64,000 nt of DNA from Eukaryota sp. GEM-RC1 (lineage: Eukaryota). Positions 1-11,106 of this stretch are shown here, piece after piece. Below the pieces are notes generated by a model. That model saw only the letters and a list, made by a program, of their open reading frames with translations, was not told the DNA's origin and ran no database searches. Location of the stretch: positions 434,001 through 498,000 of the forward strand of contig JAUFOQ010000005.1 of assembly GCA_040285855.1 (NCBI GenBank), read 5' to 3'. The position numbers and the translations under genes are program-made. The first letter of the stretch is position 1. Every line of letters begins with the position of its first letter.

Positions 1-643
1 CCTAAATCTCAGTGGAAAAAAAATGCTGAATGAAAATCGCGATTGTGCTTGATTATATTTTATTATTTCATTGGGTATCCACAGAAACAGGCCAAACTGT
101 TGAAGAAGCATATTATATATTATTTTTATTATTTATCGTACAAAAATCATCCCCCATACAGTTCAGCAATAATATAAACACCATCGTTTAGTCCTAGTGA
201 TAAAACTCATGTAGAAGAGAGCGGGAAAGATTATGACTGAATGGTTTTAGACCAATCATTGATCACCAATAGCCAGAAAAGTTGGAGAAATTTTTTGGAG
301 AAAATGCTTTTCACAGTAAAACTATTCGATATAACCACAAAAGAAATAGTAGATGACAAGGTGAACAAGAAAGAGATCGAGTACTGTTTGTATCATGTTA
401 TAGTGGTTGTTTGAAAAACAAAGTGTGAAAAAACAAAGTTCGTAAGAGATGTTGTCACAGCATTGTTATGTAAACTCGAAGTAAACAAGCAGAAAAGAAA
501 TCGATCGCCTGAAGAGAATAAGAGGCATTACTCCTTCGCTTGGAGGTTGAAAAGATTGACATAATAAGCAGAAGCTGATGGTCACGATATTGAGTGTGAC
601 AAGTTGAGTCCAACTGACCTTTTCTTTTGAACAAAGATGTCTC

Positions 644-2674
644 ATGAACTTAATGGAGCCTTCATTAGATGATACTGTTTCCGTTACTGACGTTGTTAAG
701 TTCTGTCGATCCTCCACTGGTGTCTCCTCCTCAGAACGTAGCTCTGTTGTCTCGTCCACTTCGTTTCCTTCCGCCCCTCCTCCTACCATTTACTTTCCAC
801 AGTCCTTGCTCACTTTAATCCATGTTCATTATCTCTCCCGTCTGCTACAACCATCTCTTGAATGGAAAATCCATGAGCCCCACCGTGCTCTGCTTGGTTT
901 GAAGACCTTTCTACCTCCGTTTTTCAAACACGTTGGCTATGTAAGCAACCACTTCCTCGAATCTGCTTCTCAAGCAATCAAGGTGTTTTTTCAAAGAAAC
1001 ACGTTTCATATCGTGCCTAAGGATCTTTCTCCACTGTCTGCTCTTGGTTCTCTCTTTGGAGCTGAATCCAAGTCTTTCTTCTTACACGTCGATGGGGTCT
1101 TTAATGTTGATAAGTTTCTTGCCTATTCTCAAGTACTTTCAGGATTGGAATTAAAAATAAGTCACCAAAATGATTTTGATTTTCTTAACAAGTCTTCTAT
1201 GTTCTTTCCATGTCTTACACAACTTCATGTTTGTGGTAATTCCACAGTTTCCTTGCCATTGATCGAATTTTTGAAACTTAATACAACAATTACAAATATA
1301 AATCTACGAAACAACTCTATTGGTGACGACGGTGCTATAGCTATAGCTGAAACGTTAAAAGCTAATGTTACAATTACCGGTATTAATTTAGGTGAAAACT
1401 CTATTGGTGACGACGGTGTTAGAGCTATAGCTGAAGCGTTAAAAGTTAATTCCACGGTAACCAGTATTTGTCTGGATTGCAACTCTTTTGGGGATGAAGG
1501 AACTGAAGCGCTGGCAGAGGTTTTAAAAGTCAATGATTCAGTTACAATTGTTGATTTAAGTCTCAACTCTATTACTGTTGAAGGTGCTGCGTTTTTGGCA
1601 GATACATTGAAAGTTAACACTACAGTTACTCAAATTAATCTAAGTTACCTCGATATTGAAGCTGAAGGTACCAAAGTTCTGGTAGATGCGTTAAAAGTCA
1701 ATACTTGTCTTACAGTCATTGATCTCAGTGAAAACTCTATTGGAGATGAAGGAGCTACAGCACTGGCAGATTTACTCAAAGTAAATACTTTTATTAAAAG
1801 TATTATTATTAAGAACAACGATATTGAAACTGAAGGTGCTGCAGCTCTGGGGGAGGCACTTAAAGTGAACACCACAGTTACTCGTTTTGATCTGTGGAAC
1901 AACTTTCTTGGAGATCAAGGAACTGCAGTGTTTGCAGATGCATTGAAAATAAATGCATCGATTACCAGCATTAATTTACAGAACAACTCTGTTGGAGCTG
2001 CAGGTGCAAGAGCATTAGCTGATGCGTTAAAAGTTAATGCTACTGTTACCAGTCTTAATCTCTATGAAAACTCTATTGGAGATGAAGGGGCACGATTTTT
2101 GGCGGATGCTTTAAAAGTAAACAATGTAGTTACAAGTGTTTATCTGTATGACAACTCTATTGGAGCTGAAGGTGGCAGAGCATTGGCAAAGGCGTTAGAA
2201 GTTAATACTTCAGTAACAAATATTGATCTCACTTGTAACTCCATTGGAGCTGAAGGCGCTAGAGCATTGGCAGAAGCGTTAAAAGTTAATGCTTCAATTA
2301 CGGGTGTTGAACTCACGTGTAACTCTATTGGAGCTGACGGGGCAAGAGCATTGGCAGATGCGTTAAAAGTTAATACTACTGTTACAGGTCTCTACCTTTA
2401 TGGAAACTCTATTGGAGATGAAGGAACAAGAGCATTGGCAGAGGCGTTAAAGGTCAACACTACAGTTACAGTAGTTGTTCTAGACAGAAATTCTATTGGA
2501 GATGATGGGGCTAAAGCTTTATCGGATGTGTTAAAAGTTAATAATATCATTACCCGTATTGATCTTGATGACAACTCTATTGGAGTTAAAGGCGTTACAG
2601 CTTTAGCAGATGTGTTAAAAGTTAATAGTAAAATTAAAATAGTTGGTGTAGATCAACTTGATCAGTATTTGTAA
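644..2674 (+). CDS. RI-like/NLRC3-type leucine-rich repeat protein, 676 aa: Ser-rich N-terminus, QSLLxLI domain, 16 x 28-aa LRRs
   Basis: Intact ATG-TAA ORF; repeat consensus LKVNxxVTxIxLxxNSIGxEGAxALAxA recurs 16 times at 84-nt period; no NACHT P-loop seen. Confidence 0.92.
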   Translation: MNLMEPSLDDTVSVTDVVKFCRSSTGVSSSERSSVVSSTSFPSAPPPTIYFPQSLLTLIHVHYLSRLLQPSLEWKIHEPHRALLGLKTFLPPFFKHVGYVSNHFLESASQAIKVFFQRNTFHIVPKDLSPLSALGSLFGAESKSFFLHVDGVFNVDKFLAYSQVLSGLELKISHQNDFDFLNKSSMFFPCLTQLHVCGNSTVSLPLIEFLKLNTTITNINLRNNSIGDDGAIAIAETLKANVTITGINLGENSIGDDGVRAIAEALKVNSTVTSICLDCNSFGDEGTEALAEVLKVNDSVTIVDLSLNSITVEGAAFLADTLKVNTTVTQINLSYLDIEAEGTKVLVDALKVNTCLTVIDLSENSIGDEGATALADLLKVNTFIKSIIIKNNDIETEGAAALGEALKVNTTVTRFDLWNNFLGDQGTAVFADALKINASITSINLQNNSVGAAGARALADALKVNATVTSLNLYENSIGDEGARFLADALKVNNVVTSVYLYDNSIGAEGGRALAKALEVNTSVTNIDLTCNSIGAEGARALAEALKVNASITGVELTCNSIGADGARALADALKVNTTVTGLYLYGNSIGDEGTRALAEALKVNTTVTVVVLDRNSIGDDGAKALSDVLKVNNIITRIDLDDNSIGVKGVTALADVLKVNSKIKIVGVDQLDQYL

Positions 2675-4008
2675 TATTTTATTAGATGTACTTTATTAAA
2701 TTTATGTTTTTTCTTGTACGTGTTCTTTAATCACGAATCAGCATCAAAGAATGTTGAATTATGCAAAGTATTATTATAATTCTGTTTAATTAACTAAATT
2801 AAACATCATCCAAAAAATGTATCGATAATGTTTTATGTTATAAATTAATGAAATACAAACTACTAGTAGCAGTACTTAAAAGATAATATGTGATCTACAT
2901 CTACTCTTGAATTACAGTACCACGATACAATTTGTCCAGTGTACAATTCAAATAAATAATAATATTTACTATGGGAAACTTCTATATTAAGAAAAAACAA
3001 TACGATTGTGCCAAGAAACTGATTGAAATGTTTTTCTTTGATCTCGACACAATTATGAAAACGCATCAAAAAAATATTCAGCACGACTTCTAGTGTTATT
3101 AAGAATCGAAATAGCAAAAGAAATGAAAAATGAAAAACAATTTTTAATTCTGATAAATGAATAAAAATCATCTTAAACAAATAAAGTCGGATCATCTACT
3201 GTCTGTTGAAAGTTCTTGGTTTTTATTATTGATAAAAATGGTGTTCAAAATACATCCAATAGACGTTCAACACGTGCCTCATATTTGACCTACGATTTTC
3301 ACACAAATATTGATAAAATTCCGAAAATTAGCTATTTCATACAAATTTTCTATCTATTACGCAAATAGAAATAGTTTATATCTGATATTTAGTTGTATTC
3401 AAAACTGGACAGCTGCTGAGCACTTGTTGCGTAAATCTTTCTAGTGATAGTTGCGTTATTATGGAAGTTATTGATATTATATCACGATATTCCATCATTT
3501 CATTGTGATGTGTGATGCAACAACTTGTTCACTTTGAAGGGGTCTTCTTCAACACAACTTATTAGAACACTGTAGGTCTCCTGATGTACTGTGATGTCTA
3601 TGTTCACTTGAAGGGGCCTTGTTCATACTGAAAAGTTGCAGACAAACGATTGGCATCACTTGCAGTTACTATTGTTAAAACACTACAAAACAAGTTATAA
3701 TTCGTAGGGAAAACTGGTAAATCCTGTTTTACCAGCAAATAGAGTTCCAGCTTTCTTTCCTCCAGAAGTTAGGTTGTTGAGTCACAAGATAGTTGTTGAT
3801 ACACCTGTTAAGTCTTTAGAAGTTGATTGGGAGGATAAACATGTTTGTTTTTGTCGATGACTGTTCAAAACTTGTCTAGGATATTATTTCGTACTAGCAG
3901 TCAGGTTGGCTTGTGCAAAACGTTTTTCAAGAAACGCACCTAGCCAGAACATGATTATTCTCAAATCCAGACGTGTGTTTTCAAACATCTTCTTTCGCCA
4001 TAACTAAC

Positions 4009-5888
4009 ATGTCTTATTCGGAGCTTCCCCTGAAGAGTAGTGGTTCAAGAGATGTAGATGATGTTTCAGTTACTGATCTGGTTGATTGTTGTCCCTCCTC
4101 TAGTATCTCCTCTTTGAAACCTGGCTCTAAGGTATCGTCTGCTCCCTTCTCTTCCACCCGTTCTCCTTCCATTCCCCTTAAATTTCAACAATCCTTGCTC
4201 ACTTTAATCCATCTTCATTTTCTCAGCCGTATGTTGGAAGCCTCTCCTGAATGGAAACGTGATGAGCCTCACCGTGCTCTACGTACCTTGAAGACAGTTT
4301 TGCCTACTTTTTTTCGTCAAGTTGGCTACGTGAGCCATTACTTCTTTGAATCCGTTTTTTTAGCAACCAAGATGTTCTTCCTAGGAAACACATTTCATGT
4401 TATCCCTGAAAACCTTCCTCAACTCTTCTCTATTGCTTCTTTCTTCAAAGCAGATGTACAATCTGTATTCTTACATGTGTTTCGTACTTTTTATGTTGAA
4501 GATTTTTTGGGGTATGCCCATATCATTACGGGATTTCGATTGACGCTGGAAAACCACAATCACTTGGATTTCGTTAGAAAGTCCCCTTTACACGTCTTAA
4601 AGAACTTCATGTTGCTGTTGATTCTTCGATCTCTTCAGCGTTCATTGAATTGTTGAAGACCAATACTACTATTACAAGTCTTAATCTGGGGAACAACTCT
4701 ATTGGAGATGCAGGAGCTAGAGCTTTGGCAGAGGCGTTAAAGCTTAATTCCACAGTTACAACTGTTTATCTTTTTTATAACTCCATTGGAGCTGAAGGTG
4801 CAAGAGCATTGTCAGAGACATTAAAAGTTAATGTTTCAGTCACGTTTATTGAACTTACCGGTAACTCTATTGGAGATGAAGGTGCAGGAGCATTGGCTGA
4901 GGCCTTAAAAGTAAATACTTCAGTCACATGTATTGATCTAAGTGGAAACTCTATTGGAGATGAAGGTGTTAGAACATTGGCTGATGCCTTAAAGGTTAAT
5001 GCTACAGTTTCCAGTTTTACTCTTTATGGAAATTTGATTGGAACAGATGGTCTTAGAGCGTTGGCAGAGGCGTTAAAAGTTAATACCACAGCTACAACTT
5101 TTGATCTGAGGTGTAACTCTTTTGGTGCTATTGGGGCTGAATCTTTGGCAAGTACATTGAAAGTTAATACCACGGTTACCAGTCTTGATCTGGGGAACAA
5201 CTCTATTGGAGCTGAAGGTGCTATCGTTTTGGCAGATGCGTTTAAGATTAACACTGCAGTCACAAGTTTTAGTTTGGCTGGAAACTCTATTGGAGCTGAA
5301 GGTGCTAGAGTTGTTGCAGATGCTTTGAAAGTTAATACTGCAGTTAGTACCATAAATCTGGGGAACAACTCTATTGGAGCTGAAGGTGCTAGAGCTGTTG
5401 CAGATGCTTTGAAAGTTAATACTGCAGTTAGTACCATAAATCTGGGGAACAACTCTATTGGAGCTGAAGGTACTAGAGCTGTTGCAGATGCTTTGAAAGT
5501 TATTACTGCAGTTAGATGTATTGATCTGGGGGACAACAGTTTTACAGATGAAGGTGCTAGAGTTTTGGCAGAAGCGTTAAAAGTTAACACTACAATTTCA
5601 AGCATATACCTAGATGGAAACTCTATCGGAGATGAAGGCGCTATAGCATTGGCAGAAGCGTTAAAAGTTAACACTACAATTTCAAGCATTAATTTTTATG
5701 AAAACTCTATTGGAGATGAAGGTGCTATAGCATTGGCAGAAGCGTTAAAAGTTAACACTACAATTTCAAGCATGGATCTAGATGAAAACTCTATCGGAGA
5801 TGAAGGCGCTAGAGCATTGGCTGAAGCGGTGGAGGTCAACGGTAAAGTTAGAATAGAGGGATTAGATGAACTTGGTTTGAATTCATAA
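4009..5888 (+). pseudogene. Second RI-like LRR gene (14 LRRs), one frameshift near 4587-4589 (pseudogene or sequencing indel)
   Basis: ATG at 4009; the two ORFs join if one T is added (CCCCTTTA here vs CCCCTTTTA at 35915-35923); AATAAA follows the stop. Confidence 0.85.
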
Positions 5889-6129
5889 GCTAATAAAGTG
5901 TAATTTATCCTAAAACTTTAACAAATAACAGTACAATCCTATCACAGATAGATTAAGAGTGAACACAAGTTCAGTACCACTGACGTAAACCTAAGAATGA
6001 TAACAATACATTAGAATATATAATATATTATAAATCATTTTTCTATTATAAATCTTGAAAGATTTTATTATATTTTTACACATATTCTTTTTGATAAATG
6101 TTTCAAAATATAGATTTTTTAAAGAGTTA

Positions 6130-6595
6130 CACTCTTCACAATAATTACTCTGATTCAGACTAATTACTGATTCAGACTAATTAACGACTGGGAAAATTAG
6201 TCTGAATCAGAGTAATTATGAATATTCATATTGAGTATGAACAAATATCTCAAACAAAAATAATTCCTTGAACTTTAATTGTTTTTATGTCTTCACAAAT
6301 GTTACATTGAACACCAAGATCGTTGTTTGCACCGTCAATGGTTGTTTTAGACCGAAGCAATCCAGAAACAGGGATAAAAATTGATTAGTGACTGCATTGT
6401 CCTTCAAGCAAGTGTGAACAGTGTGGGACAAGGTTTGTATATGTCAATTCAAACAGTGTCTAGAAACAATGAAATCTTTAAAGGGACTGTTTAATACCAT
6501 TTCACTGAAGAATATTGGACATTCTTAAAGTGATCAAACAATTATTAGTTTGATTCAGACTAATAAGTGATTCAGACTAATTGTTGTGAAGAGTG
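6130..6595. mobile_element. Non-autonomous TIR element (MITE) flanked by TA, Tc1/mariner-like
   Basis: TA|CACTCTTCACAA ... TTGTGAAGAGTG|TA; subterminal repeats TGATTCAGACTAA at both ends. Confidence 0.8.
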
Positions 6596-7149
6596 TAGTT
6601 AGAATCAATAGATTAATTATAAATAATTATAGTTAATTAATTCCAACCACATCTCTGTGTTCAGAATCATATGGAATTTATGAAAAGTAGTGTTCAAATC
6701 ATACTTGTGGATCACACGTGATCACACTGACCTGTTTACTGTGATCACATTACTTGTGGCTCAGCTGTGATTGTAATATAAGTGAAAACATCTGTATAAT
6801 ACATCTATATGATAAATCTAGACCACTGTAAGATGTCCGTAAACACACGAGTTGCTGTTAGGAAACCACATTTGATTTTCGACAATGTCATCACTTAAAT
6901 ATGTGTTACGCGACCAGTTTAAACAAAAAGGGACTTTACTACCAACCGTTGTACAGCTACTGAGAGAATTTTGAACGCTTTATACTTAAACTACTTAATA
7001 CTCAATTTGCACTTCTGAAATTCTTGCTTTGTCTGTACATATCAATGATATTCCGTTGGTAAAGATGTATATCGACAGTTGAAACAAGTTGATACATTCA
7101 GATACTAAGCGAAAGAAAAAGATGTTCATATAGATGAATTAAACAGACT

Positions 7150-7850
7150 TTGTAACTTTACTTTATTTAACTCACTCTTTTATTTTATTATAGATGTAAT
7201 AGATCAAACAACTAAAATTTGATATCATTAAAACAACACCCGTCTCTATCAAATCTTACAAGAGCTCTGTCCTCATAAAAGGAACTCACTTCTAATAAAG
7301 CTTTGGAGATGATCAGGGGAACTGTTTTAAAAACAGTAAAAACGATCCGCTTCAACCATAACATATGATTAAAACGATTAATCATCCTATGTTTTACGAT
7401 TTTGCCGAAATCGTTTAAAAAATTCAATACACATTTTCCTATACGTTCGTAGATTGGAAACAGCAAAAAGGCATAATTCGTATTCCACATGTTTTACATG
7501 TTTGAAAGCCATCAATGGTTTCTTGTACTTATCATCCTTGGCTTGTTCAGAAATGTCTAAAGGAGAAGTTTCTGAGTAAACATTCTTTAAAAATTGTCTT
7601 TTTACAAACATCCACTGACACTACATCAACAACAAACAATTTGTCTGCCGAAGAAGGGACAACCACATCTGCTCTCCGTTTACCAAAACTATAATAATAC
7701 TGTAAGTTATTAGTATAGTAATAACTTTGGTTAACAAATTAGCTCACAGAATCACAGGTCATACTGCATCAGCCTTTAGAAACGAAAGAAATTCATCATC
7801 ATTTGATTTTCAGTGGCAAAAAGAGGGTTAAGACATGGCAGACTCAAAGC
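7150..7850 (-). mobile_element. 3' fragment of an RLE-type (CRE-like) non-LTR retrotransposon, degenerate
   Basis: Frameshifted translation gives RRADVVVP...FVVDVVSVD...EQAKDDKY...LFAVS...IGKCVLNFLNDF (PD-(D/E)xK restriction-like endonuclease motifs), followed by an AATAAA-rich tail. Confidence 0.65.
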
Positions 7851-8959
7851 GAATTTGGTGGAACACATCGATATGATCTCAAAATATTGAAATATTTCGT
7901 GTTCACAATTACCAGAACTATTGTTATAAGTACAACTTCATTGTACAATGTACTGTATTTTTCAAAATGTTCAGTTTTTGTGATCACAATTTGTGGTTGT
8001 GATCACAGAAATACATGAGATGTGATATAGTGGCCGTTGCGATTGTGAATACGCTGACAAAAGTAGTGTGATCCACAAATAAGGTTCAAATAGAGCAAAA
8101 TGATGGCCATTGTCAAACAATATTATTGTACCAAAGTGACAAGTTTGTATCATCATAAATTGATTGATTAAGCATGGCTCAGGATCTCAAGCGCGCAGTT
8201 GTTTCACATGTTCAAAATTGAAAAATTAAAAATTAGTGAACATCATTTGACCACAAATTTTCCAAAATGACAAAAAAATACAATCTTTGAATCACAATGC
8301 ATTTAACGAGTGACTACTACGAGATACAATAATAATACGGGGTCTCAACTTGTATGTACAACAATGATGGACTTTTAGGAATATCACAGAAGGTCATTGT
8401 CAATGGTCTTCGAAAGCAAAACCGAAAGAATAGCCATCCTGATATCAGCAGGACTGTTACTCAAACCGGCACCAAGATCTGATCTATCACAAGAGTAAGC
8501 AGCCTTAGGCACTAAATGTGTTCCGGAAGCAGTAATCATTTGAACGTCATCCTGGATCACAAGACCTGTGTACAATTGGACAGTATGGATCACAAACCAG
8601 CCAATTACATCACGGAACGCGCGTGGGGAAACCGACGAACGGGTGAGTATCACGTGAAGAACCTCTGCGATACTCCGGGACAACTACGGGAAACCGTTGC
8701 TAAAACCAGATGCCACGATGATCGCCTTCTGTAGGAGCAGCTTCATGTATAATACGGCAAGCATTGACTGAACACTCTTTGACAGGGACACAAATCCTCG
8801 TAATAACCATGGTTCGATTCCATGTCGCTGCATACTCTTTTTGATTCATTTCCACCAGCCAAAAATCAGTGCTTTGATGGAGGGTACAAAAATACTTATC
8901 ATAATTATTCTTTGCGAACAGAATTTTTGTCAGAGCTGGTAGAGTCGAATAAGCTTTCC

Positions 8960-9582
8960 ATTCATCGTCATTCATTTACTGCTGCGAGATTTGGTGGAAT
9001 TGGGTTTTCCAAAGCTCGTTATATGCGTGAAGGTGCCTTTTTAGGATGTTTGAAGAATCTGCTGTATGAATTTAAGTTACGTTATCCCTTACTATGGTCT
9101 AATGAAGATCTCATTCGATATTGGCCTTGTCACTTACTTATATCACTTCAAAATCTTATAGATGGTATGAACCCTGATGTTTGAAAATCCTTGTTTCCTG
9201 CATCTGTGACTGAAACACCTCAACGTACGCTTTTTCCCCTTCCTGGTGATAAAAAATTTCAGAACAAATTTGTATCTTTTTATGAGAGCTTGACCATTCT
9301 AACTGCATTAGCTTGGCTAAAGTTAAAAGTTCCGCTTTCTGTGCATTTTTACAAGACATGAGTAGTGACTCAGTATCTACTTTTATTACTCAATTGTCAG
9401 GAAGATTTATTTGCAATCTAAAAGAGCATGAATGGCTTGTTAACATGAGACTTCGTTTAGGTTTTTGGCCATTTGGTTTGTTACAGAACATCATGTTTAT
9501 CTGTGAAAACAAACATAAGGCTAGCTTTCGTCATTTGTTCAATTGTTCATAGTTCATATATTGTCGTTCAATTTTGCACAAC
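8960..9582 (+). mobile_element. Fragment of a second RLE-type (CRE-like) non-LTR retrotransposon
   Basis: FGGIGF post-RT motif, MRLRLG, C..H...C knuckle remnant (FICENKHKASFRHLFNC...RSILHN); longer copy at 39690. Confidence 0.6.
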
Positions 9583-9819
9583 AGTGCAAAGCCGGCTCCA
9601 GCTGGCTTACCATTAATCCATATATTGACAACAAAACTGACAGATTCAATATATTCCCCAATCAAATATATCAGTTATTACAATCACTATGATGGACATT
9701 GATCACTGATGTGATTATGAATCAATCTGATTTCTAAAAGTAGTACAATTTTCTACATATACGTTGTTTTTTATCACTTTTTGTATTGTTCTACTTATAT
9801 CTTCCATTATTAATAACTA

Positions 9820-11106
9820 GGGCTCCCGTTTCTCAACTCATGTGCCAACTGTCAGAAGACAAAAAGTGCTCCCAAGCTTAAGGTTCCCTCTTCCGGTGCT
9901 CTTTTGCCAACGCTCCCTTCCAGTCTTTTCACACAGATTTGCTCCAGCTCCCCCCCTGACTCATCTGGTTACAAGTTCCTTCTTGTAGTCGTAGACTCTT
10001 TCTCAAGATACTGCATCCTTTGTCCCCTGAAATCTAAAACGTCTTTTGAAGTTGCAAATGCATTACTTACAAAGGTGTTTAGTTTATATGGCCTCCCCAT
10101 ATCAGTACGTTCTGATAATGGAAAGAAGTTTTTGAACAGCACCTTGAAACAAATTTTAGCTCATTCAATATTGATCATGTTCTTTCAGTACCTGAACATC
10201 ACGAAAGTAACGGAATTGTGGAATCTAAAAACCAACAGATAATGTCTGAACTAAGGAAAGAAGTGCTACAATCTAGTGCTAAAGATTGGTCACTTTTACT
10301 TCCCTGGACACAATTGCTCATAAACACACGAACTTCATCAGTCACTCAGGCCTCTCCGTACACCCTCTTATTCGGCTCAGAATATCCAGCTAGAAATCAA
10401 GTCGAAGCACTCCTTCTTAAGAAATCATCTGCTAAACCGTCACCAGATACGTCCAGCCAAGCTCTATTGGCTATATTTGAACGAAATCGTGCTCTGAACA
10501 GAATAAGGAAGAAAGCCAGAGATGCTCAAGGTGTGTATATTGACAAACGTAAGCATCAACGACCGAAACAGCTTTTCCAATTTGATGTTAATGACCTTGT
10601 ATTACGAAAGAACGCAGGTCAAACTAAGCTACATAAGCATCTTGGGCCTTATATTATCTCTCATAAGCTTAGCGACTCAACCTTTATCATCAAAAGCCTC
10701 GTAACCAATCAGCAGTTTACTGTGTCCAGTTATGAACTGCTTCCTTTTCTTCCCTAACAAACTTAACCATAAAACAAAACTTGCCGCTGCCCGTGACCTT
10801 GCTGATGTTCCGGTGTCATCGATTCTTGATCACCGCATTGAAGGATCTAATATGACTTTCTTAGTAAAATTTGTCAATGACAATGAAAGTTGGAAACCTC
10901 TTGGTGCCTTACGAGATAACAGTAGAACAAACGAGCATCTACTTGACTATTACTCGCAACACGGTATCCAATTGCCTCCACGAGAAAGAAAGAAAGTAAG
11001 TAAGAAAAAGAAGTGTTGCCAGATTTGTCACGTGTTTATTTGTTATGTTGTTTGTTTTGATCTTATAAATTCTCTTTTACCTTTCTATTTTTGGCCAAAG
11101 GTAACA
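9820..11106 (+). mobile_element. Ty3/Gypsy family 2 3' fragment: frameshifted integrase, chromodomain, PPT, 93-bp LTR
   Basis: LVVVDSFSRY, VRSDNG, GPY, chromodomain-like VSSILDHRIEG..FLVKF..ESWKP; purine tract then TGTTGCC...GGTAACA. Confidence 0.85.
11014..11106 (+). repeat. Putative 3' LTR of Gypsy family 2 (93 bp)
   Basis: Follows PPT; TG...CA with terminal inverted repeat TGTTGCC/GGTAACA; TTATAAA plus pyrimidine tract as in the family-1 LTR; second copy at 42373-42465. Confidence 0.7.

Noticed and set aside
1225..1902. Antisense ORFs over LRR genes (also 5024-5689, 19756-20236, 32562-33239, 36357-37007)
   Set aside because: Shadow frames produced by the repetitive 84-nt LRR codon pattern
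1270..2620. Conserved blocks alternating with variable segments, superficially CRISPR-like
   Set aside because: The period is exactly 28 codons within an ORF; no cas genes; eukaryotic context
8300..8830. ORFs on both strands (also 38820-39560)
   Set aside because: Probably a decayed gene, but no motif or strand could be assigned
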